A DNA stretch of 64,000 nt from the human T2T-CHM13v2.0 reference genome, Homo sapiens. The notes below the pieces were generated by a model. The model did no database searches and was not told where the DNA came from. It was given only the letters and a program-made list of their open reading frames with translations. The DNA is taken from the NCBI RefSeq assembly GCF_009914755.1, contig NC_060934.1, one strand, 5' to 3'. This document shows, one piece after another, positions 13,318 to 25,174 of the stretch. The translations under genes were made by a program, and so were the position numbers. Position 1 is the stretch's first letter. The number at the start of each line of letters is the position of its first letter.

Positions 13318-13878
13318 TCAGGATGTATATGTAAGGTGTTTAAAACCACATCTTTCAGTACTTTCCAGTCATTTCATATGTAACTTTTATTTCTTGCAAA
13401 AGTCTTCAGGGTTATCTGGGCAGTCATATTTTGAGCATTTTGGTGCTCTGCTGCATTAAAAAAACTAGTATAAGTTGTTAAAAAATTAGAAAGCACATTC
13501 ACAAACATATATAAACACACAAAAAACAACATATGTATAGTTTCATAGTATAGTTGTAAAATGGTATCATACAGCTCTTTATTCAAATACTAGTTATTTG
13601 TGAGTAACTCCTTTTTTCATGCCTCTCTGGGTCTTTAGCCAAGTAGATACTCAAATATTAGTTGAACAAATGAAAATAGTATTAATGGTATATTAACAGA
13701 GGCAAATGATTTTTGTGGGGGGAAAACGGCATCCATCCAAGGATACCTTAATTAAAGACTCAAATCATAAATCGCAGAGCCAGGAAGGAAAATGAGGTTC
13801 TGTGTTCAGTTATTCCTCTCCCATTCTCTAGGTCATTTGAGGAGAGTGGTCTCCGTTCTAGCCTCAATGAGTATTAGG

Positions 13879-13920
13879 CTCTCTCGCTCACTCGCTCTCT
13901 CTCTCTCTCTCTCTCTCTCC
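13879..13920 (+). repeat. (CT)n microsatellite
   Basis: Seen directly. Confidence 0.9.
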
Positions 13921-14769
13921 CCACCTCTATTTTTTTTTAACCAAAAAGTAAGTGAATTTGCAGCTTTACATCTCACTTTATTTTTTTATTTTAGAACTAA
14001 TTATTTCCTTTTTCTAGCTCCATTCTGTTCTTTAAAATCTCCAGAGAAAAAATTCACAACTGCTACCAAGAACTAGCAGTGAAGCTTGCATAGCAGTGTC
14101 TTTAACACAATAAAACTGGAAAGGCGAGTCATACATTGAGCCATAAAATAAACTCAACAAATCTCATTTCCAACTGTGGGTAGAGACTTGGTTTCAGTGT
14201 TACAGAACCCCACCTTCCATGTTCCCCTGGTTTTCAAACATGTTTGCAGCAACTTAAATATTCCTTCTTGCGTTGACTGGAGTTTCCACTCCATGCCCTA
14301 GGCAGCCTCCTGTTTGAAGAGTCCCACAGAGAAGGTGGGGATCAGGGCTAGGTCAACCCTCAAGTCTCCTTGCTCCCTTCCTTTTCCCCTTTCAGTGGCT
14401 GTGTGAAGCGCTTGCCACAGGCCGTGGTCTGAGTGGGGCAACAGGAACAGGAAGAAGCCATTCCTACCCCGTCTGGATGCCAGGGCCCTCGCAGAGACAA
14501 GTTCACATGTGTAAGCTCGGCCCTTCATCTCCTGCCTAGTTATTATTTTTAACAGGCACCATGTGCAATTCATTGATTTTTGTTTAACGTTTTTCTCTTC
14601 CTTCCTAGTCTTTTGCAAACTATTCTCACTGCAGCAGGCAATCAAGCACAGCTGGGGAGCATACCCCACTATGAGAATCCGGTTCCTCTGAAGCCTCCTC
14701 TTTTAGATAGGGGAAGAAGATGCCAGGGCAGGGAGACAGGGGAAGTGGCTTGTGCGCTGGCCTCGGATG

Positions 14770-15130
14770 GAGGGGGTGACGTCACCCTAACTTATCAAAG
14801 GGAGCCAGGGCTATGATCCATTTATGGGAAACTGCTGTCTCTTCCAACTGAGTACATGCTAGCTCCTTTAATTTCATGATTAGTGTCATTTCATCATTGG
14901 GAAGACCAAGCTTTTTCCTGTTCAGTGACATAAAGCTAATATAAAACCAAGCGTGTGGTTCCTGGAAATATTCACAAAATTTTTTTTTCAAATTGACATA
15001 GTTCAGGAGTTGGGCAATAAATTTCCTTCCTAATGAGACACCACAAAGAAAGCAAACATCTGATGTTGTGCCCAAAGAGAGTCCGTTGTTGCAGATTTAT
15101 GGGCAATCTGTGCAAATACTGTCCTTTCCT
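14770..15130. promoter_or_regulatory. Candidate enhancer (motif cluster)
   Basis: CRE in palindrome gggTGACGTCAccc, CTTATCAAAG (GATA+TCF), TTTATGG x2, TGTGGTT overlapping TTCCTGGAA, GCAATAAA and AGCAAACA in repeat-free DNA; motif evidence only. Confidence 0.4.
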
Positions 15131-16659
15131 TTCGATGAGTTTTTAATTTTGGTTTGATAGTCTCCAGGTGTCTATATTTGCCCGTGATATTAGATGCATA
15201 AAACTGTAGTAATAGACATGTATTTTTCTTTTTTTTCCTTCTGGAAATGTACCTGTCCCCTGGGCATTCACAGCAGAGTCTTACACAGACTTGATTCATA
15301 TGTCAGCTGTGTTTACATATCCATACATATATGACACCAAATAAAGACAGTCCTCTATCCACGCACACCAGCAGATAGTGTGAGAAAAAAAAAATCTCCT
15401 TTCTACAAGTTTTCCCCAAAGAAAGATGGCCTTCCAAACAAGGAGTGCAGAGGCTCTCTGTGGAGTCTGAGACATTCCCCGTTGTAATGTTCAGAGGCAT
15501 GAGGGCAGGGATGGCTGATGGTTGGTACATCTTGGGTCTTTCAGCAATGAGGCACCTGGCATTCATTTTCTACTAATGTTCAGATAAAACCTTCTTTGCA
15601 TGGGATCCTTCTGGGAGCCTGGCTGCACCAGGCCTGTTATGTCCAGGCCTGAACTATGTTGAGAAGCTATAGAGACCCCTTCAATGTCCTGTGCCATCAT
15701 CATGAGCCTTTCAGTGGATTTGTGTGTTGGCATCTCTATGGAGCCACATTACCATGTCCTAAATCAAATGGCGGACCAAAGAGGAAACATCAAAGGTCTT
15801 GCTAATGGTCAGCCAGATACACAGTGCCTAGAAGGAGAAAAGTGTCCATTCTTTAAACTCCTGGCCCCTACTGAGATGCATATGGTGTGAAGGCAGCTGT
15901 GGTCTCTCTGCCCTGGTTAGCTGTTCTTTCCTGCCCTGCTGGTACACAGGGGGCCTCCTCTTCTCACATTGGGGGTACCCACACAGTCATTCCTCTTCTG
16001 ATCTACTGGGTATCTCCCAAAGAAACCAGAAGATGGGAAATGGGACAAACATGCAGTGCAGACAGAAACCATAGTCACCCAGCTCTCCTGCCAGGCCATC
16101 TCTCCAAGCTCCCTGGGTGTTGTCAAACTGTATGAAGGTCTCTGGTAAAGATCAAGTGATGGAAAGTACACAACACATGTAAGCTAATAAATGCAAGGCA
16201 TTCTTCAGTCTGCAGAGCTCTTATCACATAGTAGGGTTGGTGGTGTAGTGACGGTGATTATGGTGATGATGGTGGTGGGATGGTGGTTAGAGGGGTGGCT
16301 GCAGTGATAGTATTTTTATATATTACTATTTCTTAACTTCAGTCCCATATCCCTCTGATAAAGTACCCTATTGCTTAATAGAAATTTTGGCTAATCCTTC
16401 TCTCAGATAAATATGAATGAAAGCAAGCTGAATGGCACAGGTACTTGGCTCAGAAATTGGCAATGACTTCTCTCAAGGAGGAGTGTCAGGCAACACAATA
16501 GCTCTACAAGAACAGAACTGGCCTGGTGTTTAGTATCATTGCCTCTCCTCCTGGACTAATTTTTTTTAATTGACTCAAAATTTTAGGTAAGTGAGCTGCC
16601 TATATAGGGAAAAGTCAAGACACTCTTTTTGTTCACCGATCCCATTCTTGTTGGGAAAA

Positions 16660-16900
16660 TCCTGGGCTCTGGGCCTGACAGTCCTGAGTACAATTCCCAT
16701 CTACGCCCCCACTCAGTGGCTGGGTAACATCAGGCAAGTGGCCTAATTTCTCTAGGTCTCAGCACCCCCCTCTGTAAAATGAGGGGACTGATACCCCCTT
16801 TGGGGTTGAGGATGATACGAAGACTAGGTGCAATGAATACACAGCACCTGGCATGGCAGCTGGTGCCTAGTATGTGCTCAAGGAATATAGACAATGTTAT
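16660..16900 (+). mobile_element. MIR
   Basis: gggctctgggcctgacag...ctgtaaaatgagggg...gcacctggca...tgctcaa. Confidence 0.75.
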
Positions 16901-16915
16901 TATTACATAAAATAT

Positions 16916-17276
16916 AAGCAGCCATAAAAAAGAATGAGTTCATGTCCTTTGCAGGGACACGGATGAAGCTGGAAGCCATCACTCTCAGCAAACTAACCAG
17001 GAACAGAAAAACAAACACTGCATGTTCTCACTCATAAGCAGGAGTTGAACAATGAGAACACATGGACACAGGGAGGGGAACAAAACACACCGGGGCCTGT
17101 TGCGGGGTTCGGGGGCAAGGGGAGGGATAGCATTAGGACAAATACCTAATGCATGCGGGGCTTAAAACCTAGACGATGGGTTGATAGGTGCAGCAAACCA
17201 CCATGGCACATGCATACCTATGTAACAAACCTGCATGTTCCTGCACACGTATCCCAGAACTTAAATTTAAAAAAAG
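16916..17276 (+). mobile_element. L1PA (about PA8-10) 3' end
   Basis: gcagccataaaaaagaatgagttcatgtcctttgcaggg...tatcccagaacttaaa plus A tail. Confidence 0.92.
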
Positions 17277-17575
17277 TTTAAGATTAAATATATATATATG
17301 TATATATAAGCCAGATCATGTTGATACCATCCTTAAAACCCTCCAGTGGATTCATATGGCTCTTAAAATAAAATCCAGACTCCATTCTCCAGGCACAAGG
17401 CCCATATGAGCTGGCCTCTGTCTCCTACGTCAGCCCCATTTGGTATCTTGTGACATCTCCTCACCAAGTTGTGGTTCCTCTTGACTTCCTTCACGGCTTC
17501 TAGTACATGAAACTTTTCTGTGCTTCAAAGTCTTGGTACCTAGTCTTTCCTTACTGGAACTTGACTTCACTCAAT

Positions 17576-17876
17576 TTTTTCATTTGTTTGTTTGTTTTGA
17601 GAGTCTTGGTCTATTGCCCAGGCTGGAGTGTAATGGTGCAATGGTGCTCACTGCAACCTCCGCCTCTTGGGCTCAAGCGATTCTCGTGCCTCAGCCTACC
17701 AAATAGCTGGGATTACAGGCATGCACTACCACTCCCAGCTAATTTTTTGTACTTTTAGTAGAGATGGAGTTTCACCATGTTTCCCGGGCTAGTCTCGAAC
17801 TCCTGAGCTCAGGTGATCCACCCACCTCGGCCCCCCAAAGTGCTAGGATTACAGGCGTGAGCCACCATGCCTGGCC
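17576..17876 (-). mobile_element. Alu (S-like) inserted in an L2 remnant; (CA)n follows at 17893-17913
   Basis: Antisense dimer ending gagccaccatgcctggcc. Confidence 0.93.
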
Positions 17877-18804
17877 CACTCACTCTATTTAAACACACAC
17901 ACACACACACACACTCCTTTTTATTATGGAAAAGTTCAAACATACAAAAAAGGGAGAAAGGAGTAGCATGCACCCTATGTACCCATAACCTGGATTCAAT
18001 TTATGAGCAATAAACCGGGGCCATCTCTATCCTCTTCTTCACCCTCCACCCAGACTTATTTTGAAGTAAATCTTAGCATAACAATGAATCTGTAAATGTT
18101 TCTGCATGTAATTCTAAAAGATACAGATCTTTTTAAAAATTATATCATCATGCCCTAATTCTAAAATTATAAAAAATATTAAATGATACCATCTTATACC
18201 TAAAATATTAATAATTTCTTAATTTTATTAAGTTTCCAAGCAGTATTCCCATTTCCCCCAATTGTGTCATAAATCCTATCTTTTAATAGTTGTATTTGCT
18301 TGAATCTAAATCAAAATAAGATTGCAATTGATTGATATTTCTTCTGTTTCTTTTTAATCTATAGGTTCCCACTCTTTCCATTTTTATGTTCTTTTATTTG
18401 TTGAAGAAACCAAGTCATTGATCCTGTAGAGTTTTCCAGTCTGTACCTGATTACATCCCCTTTGTGTCATTTGACATGTCCTTCTGTCTTCTGTGTATTC
18501 TGTAAATTAATCATTAGATAGTTTAATCAAATGTAGGTGGGAGTGTGTTCTATCAGGAGATATAGAATGTCTAGCTCTCTCTTTCTGTTATGCTAATAGC
18601 AACTAATGAGCTTGCTTACATCCATTTTGTCATCAGAAGTCACAAAATGATAGTATTCTAATTTTATTATTATTTTCAATTTATAATAAAATAATGAATA
18701 AAGAGGAACTATAAAGAAAAGATTTATTTTTGTCAACTGCTTGGTTACCGTAAATATAGAATACTATAGGGTAAGAAAGGCAGAAAAAAAGTTTGGTTAT
18801 CTTC

Positions 18805-18888
18805 TTTTATTTAATGTTGCAGCATTAAATCACCCAGCACCCTCCCAAGACAGTGCTAGGTGATTTAATGCTGCATCATTAAATAAAA
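18805..18888. repeat. Inverted repeat, 36-bp arms, 12-nt spacer
   Basis: Arms 18805-18840 and 18853-18888 are complementary at 34/36 positions. Confidence 0.95.
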
Positions 18889-21630
18889 TAACATAATTAA
18901 ATTACCTTAACATCCTCCATAGGTGATGAATGGTGGTTTCTTAACTTATGAGCTACTTGTAGGTTTAAACATATATGTTCCATTTGGAGCCAATGTAGTT
19001 ACTATTCTTAAATTAAAATTTAAATTGCCTCATCTTTGATCAGACAAAAGGCTTCTGAATTCTTTTGGCGCACCTTCAGTAAGCTTTGACATGTCCTTGC
19101 TATCTAGCATAACAAAAAGCTTCAAGTTTTTCTCTTTGTTTCCTGGCACAGACTTGGAATCAACTATTTCTCCAAAGAACCCTGTGGTAGTGTTGATTTA
19201 TTCTAAGCTTTCAATTTATTCTCCATTGTTCTTTAAATATATGTATAATATATGTGTATGTAGAAATATTTTCATTTCCTTTTTATGCATGCATAATACT
19301 CCACTATTTGAATGTTTCACAGTTCATTTGACCAGTCCTACTGATGGATACTTCCTGAGTTTTTAATATTATAAATATAGCTGCAATTAATAACTTTATA
19401 CATGCAACTTTCATATTTTTACCACCAAATAATGCCATTATAAACATTCGAGTCTTTGTTAGAACCTATGTTTTCATTTCTCTTAAGTAAATACCTAGAA
19501 GTGGAATTGCTGAATCATATGGTAAGTTATTTGGTTGGATATAGTGTTCTCTAAATATCAATTATGTCAGAAAGATTGATAGTGTTGTTCATATTTTCTC
19601 TGCTTTTGCTGATTTTTTTTTACTATTGTTGTATCAATTGCTGTTAAAAGGGTATTAAAATCTTCAACTATGATTGTGGAATTGTCTATCTTTCTAATTC
19701 TATCCTTTTTGCCTCATGCATTTTAAATGTCTGTTATTAGATATTTACAAGTTTGCTGTTGTTATGTCTTCCAATGAGTTGACCCGCTTTTACTATGAAA
19801 TGTCATTTATCACTGGTAATTCTCCTTTAGTGTGGAAATCTATTTCATCTGATATCAATCAACAGACTCACTTTGATCTTATGTTTACTGTCTGCATGCT
19901 ATATCTTTTCCATGTATTTACTCTCAAATTATCTGTGTCATATTTAAAGTGCATCTTTGTAGACATTATATAGTTGAATCTTGCTTTTTTATTCATTCTG
20001 ACAAACTTTGTCTTTTAATTGGAGTGTTTATTCCATTAATATGTAATGTGATTATTAACATGTTTAGGTTTGTGCTATCATTGTATTTTTTTTTTTTTTG
20101 TAAATGCTTTTTTAATGCTTTTTTAACTCCTCTGTTTCTTCTTTCTCTGTTAGGGAAGATTATTTGAAGATTTTATAGAATTCCATTTACATTTGTATTG
20201 GCTTTTTTAGGCACATTATTTCATATTGTTTTATTGATGATTACTCTAGAGATTATAACATAGATTCTTAACTTCTTATAGGCTACTTACAGTTAATGTT
20301 ATTCCACTTCACATTGAATTATAGAAAACTTGTGGTCCAGTTAACTTCCCCTGTCTTTTATGCTATAGCTAATATATAATATACACACATGTGTGTAAAT
20401 ATAAACATACACATGTATATATAATCTACATGTTACAGACAGTGTTATAATTTTTGCTTTCAACAACCATATGTATTATAAAGAAATTAAAGCCTAGGGG
20501 GAAGAAAAATAGGTTTTAATATTTACTGAGATATTTATCATTTCCAATGCTTTCTACAACTTTCTGAAGATCTGAGGTAGCATTTATTGTAGTTGAAGTT
20601 TGCTAGTGATGAAGTAAGTTAGTTTTCTTATACATTAAAATGTCATTATTTCACCTCTACTCCAGAAATATATTTTTATTGGATATAGAATTCTAGTTTG
20701 ACTTCTTAAAAAATTCATTCATTTGAAGATGCTCCATTTTATTCTTGCCTCCATCATGTATGATGAGAAGCTTGCTGTAACTGAATCACCTTTACTCTAT
20801 ACATAGTGTGTCATTTTTCTCATTTTCTGCTTTCTAGTTTAGCTCTTTGGTTTTCAACAGTTTGACTATAATGTGTGCATAGACATGGCCTCATTTGTAC
20901 TTATCCAGCTTTGGATTCATTAAGCAAGTTGAATCTGCAAATCTATGTCTTTCAGCAAGTTTAGGAAATTTTGGATCATTTTTTTCAAATATATATTTTG
21001 CCCTATTCTCTTTTCTTCTTGAACTCCTAATACACGTATGTCATTCTGTTAGATACTATCTAACAAGTCTCTGAAGTTCTGTTCTTTTTTAAAAAATCTT
21101 TTTCTTTCTTTTTTTGGCCTGTACAATTTTTATTGATCTGTTTTCAAGTTTACTGACTCTTCTGTTTTTGCTGTTAAATCTGCAGAGTAAGTTTTTGTTG
21201 GACATATTGTATTCTTTTCAGTTCTAGAATTTTTAATCATTTCTATTTCTTTGCTGAGATTTCCTATATTTTATTCATTGAGAGCATATATGCTTTTATG
21301 TCATTGATATATTTATAATAGCAGCATTAACATTTTTGTCTACTCATTGCAACAAATGGATCATCTTAGGTTGGTCTCGCTTGATTACCTTTTCTCCTGG
21401 GGATGAGTCCCATTTTCCTCCATTTTCCTGGTTCATTGTATGTCAGGTAATTTTGGATCATACTGTAGACCTTTTAAGTCTTTGTATCTTAGCCATTACT
21501 GTGATAGTGGAGAGTCTGGATTCCTTTACACTTGACCAGTGAGTAATGTTTCTTTTGTTTCAGCAGTTAATTGACTTGGTTGGATACAAACTTTAACTTT
21601 GTTTCATGGGCCGCAGCTCCAATCTCAGCG

Positions 21631-21634
<4 letters not shown>

Positions 21635-21672
<38 letters not shown>

Positions 21673-21951
21673 AGATGGAGTCTCGCTCTGTAGCCCAGGC
21701 TGGAGTACAGTGGCGTGATCTCGGCTCACCGCAAGCTCCACCTGCCGGTTCACGCCATTCTCCTGCCTCAGCCTCCCGAGTAGCTGGGACTACAGGCGCC
21801 CGCCACCATGCCTGGCTAATTTTTTGTATTTTTAGTAGAGACGGGGTTTTACCGTGTTAGCCAGGATGGTCTCAATCTCCTGACCTCATGATCCACCTGC
21901 CTCAGCCTACCAAAGTGCTGGGATTACAGGCGTGAGCCACTGCGCCCGGCC
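21635..21951 (-). mobile_element. AluY
   Basis: Y diagnostics gcaagctcc, ttcacgccattctcc, ccgtgttagccaggatgg; 37-T tail; TSD tcagcgcaga / tcagctcaga. Confidence 0.95.
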
Positions 21952-22721
21952 TCAGCTCAGATTTTTTTTGTCTTCAGCTGGGAAGCTTTGAGTGGCCTCT
22001 GTGCTTGCATGTTTCAGGGGTCAGTCAAAGCTGCAGAAAGACAGAGCTTGAGGACACCCTTTTTAGCTCTTTCCTGCAAGATTCCCCTCTTCTCTCTCTA
22101 ATGGCTAGACACCCTGCTCAGTGCTCTTATTCTCCAGACCAGAAAGACTACAGTTTTTCCACCAACACCCCCACTACTCCATGTGTACACAGCACTGCAC
22201 ATGCCTCCAGGCTACAAGCAAAAAAACAGGAAACTTACATCAATATAAGTCCCCTACTCTAAGCACGAACTCCACAATAGAATCTGCCTGCTTCTCTTTA
22301 CACTCCAGAACCATCCAGTAGCTGCTTTGGGTTGTTGTTATCTACAGAGGGTTCAATCCAGTAGTAGCTTACAAATCAGCCATTACTGGGAGAGGGCTAT
22401 TTCAGTGAAGTTTTAATTTGTATCTCTCTTATGAGCAGAGTTAAGCTTCTTTTTATATGCTTGTTTGAATTTTTTCCCTGTTAATTTTCTGTTTACATCT
22501 CTTGCCCATTTTTCTATTCCAGTTATGTTGGTCTTTTTCTTCTCTGTGTTTAGGTGGTGTTTCTACATTAGGAATACTAATTCCTTTTTTTCTGAGCATC
22601 TCTGGGTGTGCGAGTGTAGAAGCTTCTTCTTAGGGTTTGGTTCAGCATTGGATATTTTTTCTTTTTTTACTTTAAATGTATTATATTTTTATTATTTTAT
22701 TCTTTTTGCTAGTAGGATTGT

Positions 22722-23116
22722 TTTTATTTTTTTTTTTAATCTTCAACTTTTAAGTTCAGGGGTACACGTGCAGGTCGTGCAGGTTAGTTATATAGGTAAA
22801 CATGTGCCATGGTGGTTTGCCGCACAGATCATCCCATCACTTAGGTATAAAGCCTAGTGTCCATTAGCTATTTTCCCTGATGCTCTCCCTTGGCACCCTC
22901 CCCCACCCCGATGGGCCCCAGTGTGTATGTTTCTCCCCCCACCCCCCACCCACCACCTATGTGTTCATGTGTTTTCATCCTTCAGCTCCCACTTATAAGT
23001 GAGAACATGCATGTTTGGTTTTCTGTTCCTGTGTTAATTTACTAAGGAGAACAGCTTCCAGCTCCATCCATGTCCCTGTAAAGGGCACGGTCTCATTCCT
23101 TTTTATGGCTGCATGG
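22722..23116 (-). mobile_element. L1PA (about PA11-13) 3' end
   Basis: ttttaagttcaggggtacacgtgcagg...ctcccacttataagtgagaacatgc...ttcctttttatggctgcat. Confidence 0.9.
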
Positions 23117-24087
23117 TAAGGAATACTAATTCTTTGTGATATAAACTGCAAAAGAAAATGTTCCACATTGACATTTATCCATCTTTTTCTTATTACATTA
23201 GGATTTTATATTATAGTTAGGAAAGTTTTTCCTAATCCTAGATTATAGAATAATTCACCCAGGTTTTCTTCCAACCCTTGCAGGGTTTCACTTTCTTATA
23301 TTTAAATCTCTGATTTATTTGGAGTTTATACTTGCGTTGAGTATAGGGAATGGACCCAATGTTCTCTTTTTCATACGGATAACTTATTATCCCAACTTAT
23401 TTAAAAATCCATCATTTCCCCCACTGAGCTGAGATGCAGCCATTTTTTTCATTCTTAATTTCTATATATGATTTGGTTTATTACTAGATTTTCTATTCTA
23501 TCCTATATCTCTGTATCTCTGTTCATGCACCTAGGCTACACTGTTTTGATTATTGAAGTCATACTACACTTCAGTATCTGGTAGTTATTCTTCTCCCCCT
23601 GCTGTTCTTTTTTCACAAGTTTTAGGTGTTGGTTTTTGCTTTCATTTTTGTTTTTTTCTATTCTTGCTTATTTATTCTTTCAAATAAATTTTATAACCAA
23701 CTTTGTAGCTCCACTAAAACAAAAACCTGATGGGGTGTTTATTGGAATAACACGAGGTGATCTTCACCGCACTTTATATAAGGTTGGCTTCTCATCTTCC
23801 TTGGGCTGTCTGTTTAAATCTCACCTCCTCAAATCAAGACTTACAGAACTTATAGGAAACACTGTCTCCAAAATTACTCAGCATTATAGTCTTCTCCAAC
23901 TGCAATACGCTAACTATTCACATCATATATTGTGGGAGTAGAAATGTGATCAAGAGAGACAGCTCCACCTCTGATTAGCTGTGCAACCTTGGGCAACTGT
24001 TAAGCCTCAGACTCCTCATCTGTACAATGAGGAGGTTACACATGACTTGTAGATTTCAAACCCCATTCTTCAGAACCCTAGAGATGC

Positions 24088-24534
24088 TGCCATGGTTAAT
24101 AAACTAAGTGTTAACTTGATTGGATTGAAGGATACAAAGTATTGTTCCTGGGTGTGTCTGTGAGGGAGTTGCCAAAGGAGATTAACATTTGAGTCAGTGG
24201 ACTGGGAAAGGCAGACCCACCCTTAATCTGGGTAGGCACAATCTAATCAGCTGCCAGCATGGCCAGAATAAAAGCAGGCAGAAGAATGTGAAAACACTAT
24301 ACTGGTTAAGTCTTCTGGCTACATCTTTCTCCCGTGCTGAATGCTTTCTGCTGTCAAACATCAGAGTTCTTCATCTTTGGGACTCGGGCTGGCTTCCTTG
24401 CTCCTCAGCTTGCAGATGGCCTATTGTGGGACCTCACCTTGTGATCATGTGAGTCAATACTCCTTAATAAATTCCCCTTTCTATATACCTCTATCCTATT
24501 AGTTTTGTCCTTCTAGAGAACCCTGACTAATACA
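24088..24534 (+). mobile_element. MLT2A1/MLT2A2 (HERV-L) solo LTR
   Basis: aacttgattggattgaaggatacaaagtattg...ctagagaaccctgactaataca; perfect TSD gatgc. Confidence 0.92.
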
Positions 24535-24659
24535 GATGCCTAGGAGCTGCCAAGGGCACCCCAACCCTGCACTATCCAGGGAATATCTGCTTTAGGAAAT
24601 GTAGTTCCAAGACAGCTTTCATTTGAAAAATGGTTTTACTACCACAGTACATTCTGAAA

Positions 24660-25174
24660 TGGCTACAGATTTTGTCCCTTTCACACTGACTCTGAATTGG
24701 CCATGTGTGTATATCCATACCACCCTACACATACCCAGTTTCGTCTGAATTGGCCATGTGACTCACTTGGACAATAGGACATTAAGAAACATGACACAGA
24801 GACTTTAAAAGTGCTTGCACATTGGGGCTTGTTCTCTAGGTGTTCATGAAAGCCAGTTACTACATGAAGAAGCCTGGGCTAACCTGCTGGAAGAAGATGA
24901 AAGACCACAACAATCATGATCCACTCCAGCCATCCCAGCTGAACTCCTATACATGTAAAAGACTCCCCTGATGGCTAGCCAATCCTCCTACAGAAGCAGA
25001 TAGGCAACTGATCGCAGACACATGAGTAAATCCAGCCCCCGATAAGAACAGCTCAACCAACCTGCACATTCATGAACAAAGTAAATGCTTTCTGTTTAAG
25101 TCACCAAGATTTGGAGTTTTTGTCTTTTCATTTTTGTTTTTTGTTTTGGTTTTGCAGTAATGGCTAACTAATAC
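24660..25174 (+). mobile_element. MLT1F/G-like LTR
   Basis: ggccatgtgactcacttgg...aaaagtgcttgcacattggggcttg...gcagtaatggctaactaataca. Confidence 0.7.
24707..24748 (+). pseudogene. 3'-truncated (tailless) 5S rRNA retrocopy, nt 1-42
   Basis: gtgtatatccataccaccctacacatacccagtttcgtctga vs 5S GTCTACGGCCATACCACCCTGAACGCGCCCGATCTCGTCTGA: 30/42 ungapped, 6 of 12 mismatches are CpG transitions; flanked by direct repeat tctgaattggccatgtg. Confidence 0.8.

Larger units (their letters stand above)
17918..23750 (-). mobile_element. Composite block of old L1M (MC/ME-type) fragments, antisense
   Basis: T-rich L1 3' end, ORF2 and ORF1-region motifs such as gtaaatacctagaagtggaattgctgaatcatatggtaa; interrupted by AluY and L1PA. 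Confidence 0.7.

Noticed and set aside
13940-13960. Strong splice-donor-like AAAGTAAGT (similar motifs near 34556 and 62340)
   Set aside because: No supportable upstream acceptor or exon; lncRNA exons cannot be called without transcript data.
24691-24760. Repeat-spacer-repeat layout resembling a CRISPR unit
   Set aside because: Only two repeats, eukaryotic context and no cas genes; better explained as a TSD around a 5S fragment.
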